Source: Octopus bimaculoides (Eukaryota). From it: 38,552 nt of DNA. Made by a program: the position numbers and the translations under genes. Below the pieces are notes generated by a model that was given only the letters and a program-made list of their open reading frames with translations, was not told the DNA's origin and ran no database searches. The DNA lies in contig NC_068997.1 of NCBI RefSeq assembly GCF_001194135.2, forward strand, positions 8,301,500 to 8,340,051, in the 5' to 3' direction. Shown piece by piece: positions 1 to 10,299 of the stretch (position 1 is the first letter of the stretch; each line of letters begins with the position of its first letter).

Positions 1-295
1 GCTCAAGAGTGGGCAGCAAAAAAACCTATTTGTATATGCTCCACAAGGGAAAACAAGGAACATTGTTTACAACGAGGTGTTTTAATCACAACAGCAAGAA
101 AGTATGTACATGATCACCTTCTTTTACGAAACTTCATTGACTTTCATATATTTATATTGATATACATATATATACGTGTGTTTGGGTGCGTGTGTGTATA
201 TACATCTCTATATATAAAGATGATGCGTAGTCTAGACGGCGTTTTTAGATTTCATTATTCTCTTTAACCCGGGCAACGTCGGGTATTTCTGCTAG
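1..295 (+). mobile_element. Helitron 3' end (degenerate RepHel helicase C-terminus, subterminal hairpin, CTAG terminus)
   Basis: Positions 3-85 read SRVGSK/[1-nt frameshift in A7 run]/NLFVYAPQGKTRNIVYNEVF*, matching the SRV...KT.N.VY.EV end of Helitron PIF1-like helicases. Hairpin ACCCG(267-271)/CGGGT(280-284) is followed by CTAG (292-295) and T. Confidence 0.85.
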
Positions 296-1794
296 TTCTA
301 TATATTCTTTAAATGTAATTGATGGTCATGGCTGGAATGCCTTCAGCTCTAGGTTTGATCAACCAGGATTGATCTGCGGTTAACGACACACACTATATAT
401 AACTGACACTTGTTACACAGGAAATTTTGGTTTGAAAAACGTTCAGTCTATGTTATCTGTATTCTAAACTTTTGTAAACTGTGTACAACTGAAAGCGTCA
501 GCTGTACACCGATTAAAAACAAAACAAAGCAGTAGAACTAGGTTAGATTGTGTCTAACCATTACTGTGTTCAGAATATATTTAGTTTGTGTTATACAAAT
601 AAATGGTCAAGTAGTTGAGCTACCAGTTCCAGATTTATTTTTTATTTTTTATTTCTTGTGAGGTACATGAAATGGGATGCAGTCATTTACATGGACTTTG
701 GTAATTGACTGCTGCTTATTTTTGATTCCCTGAAGGTTTTGGCAGGATTTGAACACAGAACCTTTAAAATGATGTAATTAACAGCTAGGAGGTATTCTGA
801 TCGATGCTTTACCAATTTTACCAATACATGGAAGCATCTTTGCAATAATATTGTTATTAAAATAAAAATAATAGAGTTGATATGTTCTGAAAATATCCCA
901 AGCCAAGAAGAGTTTTTTTGTATTTAGTCTGAGCTAAGTTGTTGCACACTGTTATCCTAATAAAAGAGTATTGACAAATTTAGATGTGTGAGTTAATAGT
1001 TTTGGTTTCTCACAATCTGTTTAGAAATATGTTGCATCGGGGAAATGGCAAATAAAAATATACTAACTGCATAACATGTCCAACAATTGGAATAAATAGC
1101 TTTGTAATTTGTCATTGAGGAAGTTTCATGTGTGCTCAACAAATCTTGAGTTAAATCTCTTACAATAAGCTTACTACCAAGTTTAGAATAGTAGCTTGAG
1201 ATAATATACCACCTACAGTAAAGCCTGTCTCTATGGTTACAATGATGACCACACATTGAACCTGAAGTAAAACTCATATATGAGACAATATCTTTCTATC
1301 TAGAATTTACTGGATTTGTTGATTGCTCTTTTGTGTTCAATTGCCTGCATTTGTGCCAGGGGCATACTTTGACAGGAAGCTTAGTAAGAGTTAACCCTGG
1401 TTAATCCTCAACAATAGTTACATTGCATACTTATCATAACAAAATATATTAAAACAGAAGAGAACCTTAGTGATTGTTTGTAAAATAGGAAAATGCTTAA
1501 TCTAAATTTGTTGTTGTTTATCCCTGCAATTTTCCCACTGTTCCAATGATTCTGTAAATCCCATTTCTCTTGTTTCACAACAAAAGAGCAGTGTAAACAA
1601 ATGATGAGTAAATCTAAACATGAATTCATTCACAATATGCGTCTTTCTTTTCGACTGTCACATGAAAATGTTTTTCAAGAGTATTCAGGACAACTAATTC
1701 TTTACTATTATATGTCAGTTATCAATTTTTTATATATATTTTTTTTCTTCTTTGTATTCCGACGCAAAATAATATTAACTTTGTTGACGTAATA

Positions 1795-2019
1795 TTAATA
1801 ATAATCCTTTATAGGCACAAAGCCTGGAATTTTGGGGGAGGGGGATGGTCAATTACGTCAACCCCACTGGTACCTGACTGGGTCTTATTTTATCAACCTC
1901 GAAAGGATAAAAGAATGAAAGCTGACCTTGGTGGAATTTGAACTCAGAATGTAAAGATGGATGAAATACTGCTAAGCATTTTGCCCTCCATGCTAACAAT
2001 TCTGCCACATTGCTGCCTT
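1795..2019 (-). mobile_element. tRNA-derived SINE, local family C
   Basis: Reverse complement has a tRNA-like head (GGCAGAATTGTTAGC...GAGTTCAAATTCC) and a (TTA)n-type tail; homologous to 4181-4382, 7441-8060 and 23893-24118. Confidence 0.75.
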
Positions 2020-2244
2020 ATAATTTACGATGAGAGTAAATTTTATGTCCTCTGCTTTCAGGATTACAAATAAATAATTGAATGCATGTAAATGCAATGC
2101 TTCTCAAATTGGCAAATATTAGGCTTTCCCCAATGTTAGTGAAATGGTTTTGCTGTCCATTCCATCTCTACTAATAGAATCTGCATTTATATAATTCTTT
2201 CTTTGCAATGATTCTTGAACAAGTTTGAAAAGTTTATAAATATT

Positions 2245-2444
2245 TTAACCTTGTTGTTACCATATTTCTGTTGAAATACATTACTTTTGTTTTGAATAAT
2301 TTTGAAAATAATGAATAATTAAAATAGCTTTGTCGTTATTAGGATTGTGTTTGGAACATAAATTGAAATTTTGATGGAACATTTTAAAAGAGTAAGTTTG
2401 TATCATAGAGCTAGTCTCAGGTGGGTTGACATCAAAAGGGTTAA
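2245..2444. mobile_element. piggyBac-like MITE, local family E
   Basis: TTAA-CC(T)T...AAAAGGG-TTAA termini; homologous to 33689-33897 (reverse) and 34556-34784. Confidence 0.65.
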
Positions 2445-2670
2445 AATATAGTTTACCATTGGCAAGTCAGTTTGGTACCTAGAATTACAGATATAAGAAG
2501 TGGAATGGTGAAGTAGAAGATTGTTGTGAATGTATGGACACAGATGCTGTTGCTTCACCCTAGGTCATTACTGATCAAGCAGAACCTATGATCAGAGAAA
2601 TTTCAGCTGGAAGGATCTTCTCTTTTTATATATATATGAGAAAACAATTATCCAATATTACTTTCATTAT

Positions 2671-2889
2671 TTAACCTATTAGCATTCAGATTACTCTGCC
2701 AAATGTAATACTTATATATTCACATTGTTTTCAATTAATCATGTAGCTTCAATATTTCAATGATGTAATTGTATGTTTTTAGAATGACATTGCTGGATAG
2801 GTATGAGGGGGCCAGGTTTGGCTAGTTTGGACATAAAACAGGTAGAATATTTGGGCTGGATTTGGCTGGTTTAAATGCTAAGGGGCTAA
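2671..2889. mobile_element. piggyBac-like MITE, local family D
   Basis: Imperfect TIRs TTAACCTATTAGCATT / AATGCTAAGGGGCTAA; reverse-orientation partial copy at 17446-17650. Confidence 0.65.
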
Positions 2890-3196
2890 GGCTGTATGGT
2901 TTGAGGGAGATTTAGCTGCTGTTGCTTCTAGTAAGTCAGGTAACCATACAGAGGCTCACACAGATTTTGATTATTGCAAAGTGGAGAATTGAACTGATGT
3001 CAGATTCCCAAGATTGCCTGAGGTCATAAACTGAAATTTAGAGAGATTTATTTAGAAATTAAAGAATTTTGAGAAGCCATTTGAACAATAGGCAGGGAAT
3101 ACCAATGCACTTAATAGATGAAGCATTAAAAATCCAAAGCAGAGAAAAAAAATGAGCGAAGAAAAAGAAATTGATAGCAACTAAAATTGTTTCATA

Positions 3197-3680
3197 GATG
3201 TGTGGTTAAGAAGTTTGCTTTTATAACCACATAGTTTTGGGTTCAATCTCTTGAAGGATGTGTCTTCTAACAGCCTTGGGTTGAACAATACTTTGAAAGT
3301 GTAATTTAGTAGATAGAAATTGCATGGAAGCCTGTTGTGTGCGTGTTTTCATCATCTGACACAAGGCCCCTTGTCTTGCAAAGTCACTTGGTGACCCCCG
3401 CCAGTACAGGCGCCATTTAAAAAGCACCCAGCCCACACTGTAATGTGGTCGGCTCTTGGAAGGGCATTCAGCTGTAAAAACTGACCATGCCTGTGTGAGT
3501 AGCACGTAAAAAGCACTTAGCCCACTCTACGGAGTGGTTGGTGTTAGGAAGGACATCCAGCTGTAAAAGCCATGCCAAAAGACCCAGAAGTATGGTGCAA
3601 GCTCCTGCCTGGCTAACTCCTGTCAAACTGTCCCACCCATGCCAGCATGGAAGGAGGACATTAAATGATGATGATGATTG
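3197..3680 (+). mobile_element. Degenerate SINE: family-A tRNA-like head joined to an RTE-type 3' tail ending in (GAT)n
   Basis: Head GATGTGTGGTTAAG...GGGTTCAATC...GTGTCTTCT; tail GGAAGGACATCCAGCTGTAAAA...CCCATGCCAGCATGGAAGGAGGACATTAAATGATGATG. Confidence 0.6.
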
Positions 3681-3794
3681 TGTGTGTTTAGGTGTTTATT
3701 TTGATAGTGGTGGCTAAGTAAGGCTCAGCATTACGAAGAGTATTTGACCATAGAAAAGTATCATGAGAAGAACCCATGCAGACATAAAAATGAT

Positions 3795-4025
3795 GAGCGT
3801 GACCGTTGCCAGTACCGCCTGACTGGCCTTCGTGCGGGTGACACGTAAAAGCACCTACTACACTCTCTGAGTGGTTGGCGTTAGGAAGGGCATCCAGCTG
3901 TAGAAACTCTGCCAAATTTAGATTGGAGCCTGGTGTTGCCATCCGGTTTCACCAGTCCTCAGTTAAATCGTCCAACCCATGCTAGCATGGAAAGCGGACG
4001 TTAAACGATGATGATGAATGATGAT
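3795..4025 (+). mobile_element. RTE-type 3' tail (local family B), young copy
   Basis: Close to the reverse complement of 28296-28507; ends CCCATGCTAGCATGGAAAGCGGACGTTAAACGATGATGATG. The same tail is attached to RTE ORF2 coding remnants at 32010-32470. Confidence 0.7.
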
Positions 4026-4180
4026 AACTTTGTGGCAAGCACAAGACACAGTTCTCAACAGTTTTTTTCAAATTGCATCAGTTATGCTTAATTTTTTTTT
4101 TTTTTTCTCCCAAGAAATTTTGAATGTAAAGAGCTGGAAGAATTACCACAAAGCATTTGGTCTGACATTCTAATGATTCT

Positions 4181-4382
4181 GGCAGAGTCGTTAGCATGAC
4201 GGGCGAAATGCTTAGCAGTATTTTGTCTGTATTTATGTTCAGAGTTCAAATTCCGCCAAGGTTGACTTTGCCTTTCATCCTTTCGGGGTTTGATAAATTA
4301 AGTACCAGTTGTGTACTGGGGGCGATCTAATTGACTGGCCCCCTCCCTAAAAATTTTGGGCCGTGTGACTAGAGCAGAAAAG
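4181..4382 (+). mobile_element. tRNA-derived SINE family C with 14-bp target-site duplication
   Basis: A/B-box-like head; flanked by ATTCTAATGATTCT (4167-4180) and ATTCTAACGATTCT (4383-4396). Confidence 0.8.
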
Positions 4383-5021
4383 ATTCTAACGATTCTACCA
4401 GCTAGAAAATATGATTCATTGCATATAATATGGCAGAGTGAGTAACTCCAGTAGCTGGGTTGATATTTTTCAACTCAATTTTTGTAACTTTAAAAGAACA
4501 GTGATTTCATGAGCAACACATCTTTATCTGATGAAATGTTTTAGTGACTTTTGTATATATTTATTGTATTGAATATTTCAAGTTGCTGTTGTTGTCAAGC
4601 TCAGAGTTAGCTCTGATGACAGATATTCCAGGTGTGGCCATATCATCATCTTAGGGACAATATAGAATTAATAATTTCCAATGTTTATTTTTAAATGGTC
4701 AGGTCTTATTTGAGTTAAGCTTGTTGCTTTTTCTAACAGATTTAGCAACTTCATAGTAGCTCTGTTGGCTCATGTATTGTTATAAAAAAAAATGTATTTA
4801 GAAACACCATCTACATAAAACCAACAATTAAGTTATTGTCAACATGTAGTGAATATCAACAGTTTAATAGATAGAGTTATACAATTAGGAAAAGATAACA
4901 TTAGTTTAATGCTTAATATTATTTTAATCATTTGATTAAGTGCAGAAGAGAACTCCAGACCTGTTTCAGTCTTATTAAACATTTTTTTAAAAATCACTAA
5001 TAAATTCCATTGTTTATTTGC

Positions 5022-5370
5022 TTATGACAGCCCTTCAAAGGTGATGACTGTGTCAATCCAGATATTCATCCTTCTCCGCTCCCAGCACATGGTTTTGTGT
5101 GGAAACAGACGTGGCTGACAAGCCTTATATGAGATAGGCGGATTCTGTGGCATTAAGGGCACTGAAAATGACCCCAAACAACAGCTGCACTGGGTTGATG
5201 AATGTCTCCTCCTCTCTTTATGCAGCTTCTGGTGTTTGCTTTCAAAGTGCTTTATTCTAGCATCACACAGGGACTTCCATGCCTTCCAATTAACAGCCAG
5301 GGCCTCCAACTGATTGGGGGTAGGGGGACACCATGTAATTGAGAGACCACACTTGAGATGATCAGGATTA
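5022..5370 (-). mobile_element. RTE-group LINE ORF2 C-terminus with degenerate C2H2 finger, frameshifted
   Basis: PNQLEALAVNWKAWKSLCDARIKHFE...KERRR, then a shifted frame FQCP*CHRI(R)LSHI(R)LVSH..H, ending TVITFEGLS*. This matches the W..LA.DR..WR...FE...CP.C.R.C.S.IGL.SH...H...DG.P* end of RTE-group ORF2. Confidence 0.7.
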
Positions 5371-5844
5371 GGAAAGTGAAAAATTCTAATGCAGTATTTA
5401 TAGATTTGCTGTTTATCCTCAGGTTAACATTCATGAAAGTGTTCTCACTATCAAAGACATTTCGGCTGTGACCATCCCATCTTTTATTCAAATGCAGTGT
5501 ATGTAAGAATACATTATTCTTTTTTCTTTCTATGACTTCGGTGTGAATAGAAAGAAGTTTAACTACTATTTGTACCAACATAAAATATAACGCATTGAAT
5601 AATATACAATATGGAACGATTTGCAACTTTTTTCACTGCGAACAAACAATAGCTAAATTGAACAAAAATAGCTATAACAATCTATATTGTTGGATTTTAG
5701 AATTTATTTTTAAAATGGCTATGACTAATATCTTTTTTATATGGCTATTTTTATGTGCTTTGTATTTCTGCTTTGCTTATTCTGTTGGCAAGTCACACTA
5801 CACTCCTGTTTTACGTTGTTGCTCTATCTGCAAGATATTTGTCG

Positions 5845-6010
5845 TGGCTGATGGCAGTACTGCCTGAGTGGCACCCGTGCCAGTGGAACGTTAAAAGCAC
5901 CATTCGAGCGTAATTGTTGCCAGGGCCGCTGACTGGCTCCCGTACTGGTGGCATGTAAATGGCACCATTCAAGCGTGATCATTGCCAGTGTTGCCTGACT
6001 GGCTCCTGTG
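5845..6010 (+). repeat. Internal ~60-bp tandem units of the family-B/RTE 3' region
   Basis: Repeated GCACCATTC(G/A)AGCGT...TTGCCAG...GACTGGCTCC units; same units in reverse at 17660-17860 and 29880-30060. Confidence 0.5.
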
Positions 6011-6777
6011 CAAATTAACTGCAGTGAACTTTGTGACTATGTCTGCTATATAATTAATGTTTCATGGTTCATCTCAAAGAACAGGATAAGAATCCTGCAA
6101 GAATTCAACAACTGTTTTAAAAATGGAATAGATGCTTTCAGGTAGTTTCCTTTTGACAGCCATGAAACTTCTGTGTGCAATAACAAACGCTCATCATCAT
6201 CATCATCATTCCCAGTACAGAGTTGTAAGAACAGTGAAGAATTGTGAGCATGTGACCTGGTTTTTTATTTACTGCTGTGATAACGGTGCTCATTGATCTG
6301 TTAAGTCTACCTCTTAGGTTATTTGCAATCATGCATATATGTATGTATATATAATTTGGCATTGATATCAGAGATACCAGTGTTAAGTGATACCTAGAGT
6401 AGGTCTCTAAGGAAAACTGGAGACTGCTGTCTGGTTGAAGATTTCAAAATAGGAACAAAGGCATTTTTCTATGCACACACACACACACACACACTGTAAT
6501 AGCTTAGGAGTGAAATTTAGGATTTCTCAGTTTTGATAAAAAATTTTCCCACCTGGTTTGCACACTATGGCAAAACTGGGGTGTACCACTCCAGCTTTCT
6601 TTTTTATTTCAAATTCTTCAGTTTTTGGATGAACTACGCTAATAGCTTTTAAATGAAAATAGCCCATCTTGACATTTTATTTAGAAAATGAAGGGTAATG
6701 ACACATATTAAGCATACATTGAGTATATATTTAACAAGAAACCATAATGATATTATAATATTTATTAACATAATGAA

Positions 6778-6972
6778 TTATTCGGCCACATGAGCACCAT
6801 TTTGACAGATAACTTCAAAAACCCTACTGTTCATGGAATCTGTCAATAATAGCAGGTTGGACTGCCTCTGCTGCAGCTTTCATGGTTTCCCATGTCTTTC
6901 AACATAAATTGGTGTCTGTCGGCATAAACATCTTGTTTAATGATGGACCAAAGATTTTCACAATTGATTAGA
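6778..6972 (-). mobile_element. Tc1/mariner transposase C-terminal remnant
   Basis: Reverse strand reads ENLWSIIKQDVYADRHQF..KD..WETMKAAAEAVQPAII..SMNSRVFEVICQNGAHVAE* across frameshifts, as expected just downstream of the Tc1 SPDLNPIENLW motif. Confidence 0.7.
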
Positions 6973-6989
6973 GACAATGCTTTTTACGT

Positions 6990-7430
6990 GCATTGTCTCT
7001 AACCAATTGTTGACCCTCTACAGAACCTATTTACAATCTTATATTGGAGTATTGTTCACATGTCTGGAGTAGTGCAACAGTTCTGCTGCTGTTCCAAGCA
7101 AACCTCTACAAAAATGTTGTCTTATTGACTCATCAACTTGCTTATAAGTAATAGTACTCTGTACCATCTCTGTCCAAGTTCATCTGACGCATCCATCTCT
7201 CCTTCCATTTAGCAATGTTGTTTATTGTGGAGTTGATATAGTGTGTAACATTGCTTCACCACACAAACTTAACAAGAAACACTTTGCCCAATCCTTACTT
7301 CTCAGAAATCTTACCCTCTTGTGTGAACTAAATTCAAACTCTTGTTATCTCTACCAAGCATCATTTTGTCTACAAAACCTAAGAAATCTGGAAAGGTCTG
7401 CAACGGCCATAGACACTGCCTGTCTTCCTA
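6990..7430 (+). mobile_element. CR1/Jockey-group LINE ORF2 3' remnant
   Basis: LLTLYRTYL.../Y.EYCSHVWSSAT.../LIDS across frameshifts, the post-RT LLTLYK...EYCSHIW motif. Confidence 0.5.
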
Positions 7431-7440
7431 GGGTTGTATC

Positions 7441-8060
7441 ATAATAATAATAATCCTTCCTACTAGAGGCATAGTGCCTGAAATTTGGGGGAGAGGGATA
7501 ATCAATTATATCAACCCTAGTACTCAACAGGGAAAGACTTCTTTTTTTATCCCCCGATAAATTTTTTTTAAAAATATTATACTTGGTGGAAAATTGATTT
7601 CCTACCATGTCTTATAATAATAATGATGAGAAAATTGTAAAGATTAAGAATTTGTATAAAAAAAAAAAATCCTCATTTCTGTATTATGCATATTCATGTC
7701 CCAGTTTGCCTAATATTAAGACCTGAATTGCCTAACTCTATGAAATTTGCCTAACCACTGGACATGAATATACATATTACAGAAATAAAGTTTCTTTTAA
7801 TAGAAATTCTTAATTTTTGTGACTTTCTCATCATTATAATTATTAAACCAATTTTCCATTATGTGTAATATCTAAAAAAAAAAAAAATTTTATGGTAGGG
7901 TACAAAAGAAGTGTTTGCCTCAACTGATAAATTATTATATCGAGCCAGAAGGATGAAAGGTAAAGTCAACCTCGGTGGAATTTGAACTTGGAATGTAAGG
8001 ACAGACGAAATGCCACTAAGCATTTTGCCCAGCGTGCTGCCAACTCACCGCCTCAATAAT
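7441..8060 (-). mobile_element. SINE family C split by a foldback MITE
   Basis: Tail half at 7441-7530 and head half at 7920-8060 join into one family-C copy once 7531-7919 is removed. Confidence 0.7.
7531..7919. mobile_element. Foldback-type MITE (~390 bp, ~170-bp TIRs)
   Basis: Termini GGAAAGACTTC / GAAGTGTTTGCC; long imperfect inverted arms; core with three TTGCCTAA copies; flanked by (C)TCAACAG and (C)TCAACTG. Confidence 0.75.
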
Positions 8061-8375
8061 AATAAAAGTGTTTTCTTGCGTTGTCATGGAGTCATCTCCG
8101 CATATGAGTGTTGTTACTCATAGAGTACTGACATTTGATTCCAATAGGATTTGGATGGAGACTAAAAGGAAGCCAACAAAAATATATCTTAATGTCTTAT
8201 ATACGTACCTTTTCATTCAATCAACAGTCAGCCTCTTCTGCCAGTGATTTGTAAGGATGGTAAATATATTCTGGTATATTACTGATTCTTCTTTTATCAA
8301 TCTAACAGATGAATGATTAAGACTGAAAACCTAAATAAGCCTAATTAAATACTGCTAGATGTAATTTATTTAGCC

Positions 8376-8695
8376 CAGTGGTTCTCAGCCAGGGTCCATA
8401 TAAGATGTTTTTGGTGGTGTGGGGATCCACGGTAGTATTTTAAGGGCCCCTGTAAAATTTTTGCTGTAGATGTATGTATGTATTGGTTATGTATTGCAAG
8501 AAACAGCTGGATTTCTTTCTCTAACATTTTACATTGTTCAACCTACACAAATTAATGTGTGAAAAAGAAAATAGGAATTTAGAAAGAAGTGTCTATAAAA
8601 CTAGCTTTTAAACATTGAATAACCGGGTGGGGGGTCCAACAGAATGAAATAGTAATCAAAGGGGCCCATAGATATAAAATGGTTGAGAACCCTTG
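8376..8695. mobile_element. hAT-type MITE
   Basis: TIRs CAGTGGTTCTCAGCC / GGTTGAGAACCCTTG; 8-bp TSD ATTTAGCC (8368-8375) vs ATTTCGCC (8696-8703). Confidence 0.8.
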
Positions 8696-8709
8696 ATTTC
8701 GCCCAATAC

Positions 8710-9635
8710 NNNNNNNNNNNNNNNNNNNNNNNNNNNNNNNNNNNNNNNNNNNNNNNNNNNNNNNNNNNNNNNNNNNNNNNNNNNNNNNNNNNNNNNNNNN
8801 NNNNNNNNNNNNNNNNNNNNNNNNNNNNNNNNNNNNNNNNNNNNNNNNNNNNNNNNNNNNNNNNNNNNNNNNNNNNNNNNNNNNNNNNNNNNNNNNNNNN
8901 NNNNNNNNNNNNNNNNNNNNNNNNNNNNNNNNNNNNNNNNNNNNNNNNNNNNNNNNNNNNNNNNNNNNNNNNNNNNNNNNNNNNNNNNNNNNNNNNNNNN
9001 NNNNNNNNNNNNNNNNNNNNNNNNNNNNNNNNNNNNNNNNNNNNNNNNNNNNNNNNNNNNNNNNNNNNNNNNNNNNNNNNNNNNNNNNNNNNNNNNNNNN
9101 NNNNNNNNNNNNNNNNNNNNNNNNNNNNNNNNNNNNNNNNNNNNNNNNNNNNNNNNNNNNNNNNNNNNNNNNNNNNNNNNNNNNNNNNNNNNNNNNNNNN
9201 NNNNNNNNNNNNNNNNNNNNNNNNNNNNNNNNNNNNNNNNNNNNNNNNNNNNNNNNNNNNNNNNNNNNNNNNNNNNNNNNNNNNNNNNNNNNNNNNNNNN
9301 NNNNNNNNNNNNNNNNNNNNNNNNNNNNNNNNNNNNNNNNNNNNNNNNNNNNNNNNNNNNNNNNNNNNNNNNNNNNNNNNNNNNNNNNNNNNNNNNNNNN
9401 NNNNNNNNNNNNNNNNNNNNNNNNNNNNNNNNNNNNNNNNNNNNNNNNNNNNNNNNNNNNNNNNNNNNNNNNNNNNNNNNNNNNNNNNNNNNNNNNNNNN
9501 NNNNNNNNNNNNNNNNNNNNNNNNNNNNNNNNNNNNNNNNNNNNNNNNNNNNNNNNNNNNNNNNNNNNNNNNNNNNNNNNNNNNNNNNNNNNNNNNNNNN
9601 NNNNNNNNNNNNNNNNNNNNNNNNNNNNNNNNNNT
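8710..9635. other. Assembly gap (largest of seven; others 13240-13436, 14421-14839, 21999-22054, 25304-25322, 32735-32812, 37177-37284)
   Basis: N runs, most bordered by microsatellites. Confidence 0.99.
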
Positions 9636-9984
9636 GTCTCTATCTATCACTCGAAAGTTATTGGAACAAATTTGACACCTATATCCATGCGTTTGAAAAC
9701 ACACAGAGTATAAGGGTACTACTAAATTCTCTCTGTTGAAAATTATATTTTAAATAATTTGCAATTTCAGAAAATATATTTTTATATTAAATTTGCGTTT
9801 TCTAATTTGATAAATTCTACGGACACAAACAGAGGTGAACGAGTGATAAATAGATATAGATATATAGAGAGAGAGATAGTGAGATAGACAGATAGATAGC
9901 TCCGGCTAGTCAGTAGCCAAAGAATCAACTCAAACCAGCAGTAACGTTCCTTGTCAGTTCTACTTTCAATTCTGACAGCTAATA

Positions 9985-10262
9985 CCATGACAGTGCCAGA
10001 ATAAGTACTAGGTTTCCAAAATAAGTCCTGGGGTTCGATTTGTTCGACTAAAAGGCGGTGCTCCAGCACTCCCGTCTACTCATATCTCATCTCATCCACA
10101 CCTTCCTCACACACCCTACACTACCGTACTTGTGCATTTGCCGACTTTATAAACACGTACACTTACCAAAAATGTCACACATACCACTCCCTCTCATATA
10201 TTTGTCTCTAAAAGGCGGTGCTCCAGCATGGCTGCAGTCAAATGACTGAAACAAGTAAAATA
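9985..10262 (+). mobile_element. SINE family A 3' portion carrying a 139-bp foreign insert
   Basis: GAATAAGTACTAGG...GGCGGTGCTCCAGCA[insert]...GGCGGTGCTCCAGCATGGCTGCAGTCAAATGACTGAAACAAGTAAAA. Confidence 0.75.
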
Positions 10263-10299
10263 GTTAAAAAAAAAAAATAGTACGTTACTTTGAAACCTG

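Noticed and set aside
481-509. 12-bp hairpin GTGTACAACTGA/TCAGCTGTACAC
   Set aside because: Short and isolated, with no context to distinguish it from chance or old repeat decay.
4181-4260. tRNA-like A/B boxes as tRNA genes (also ~16620-16687 and 18652-18720)
   Set aside because: No cloverleaf could be drawn, and each continues into a SINE body and tail.
8601-9739. Long ORFs of 330-367 aa in the ORF track
   Set aside because: They are almost entirely X from the N-gap; the same applies to ORFs at 13110-13552, 14330-14947 and 37086-37360.
9643-9854. Short inverted ends CTATCTATCACTCG / CGAGTGATAAATAG as a MITE
   Set aside because: Mostly (TCTA)n/(TAGA)n microsatellite, abuts a gap, and no TSD can be defined.
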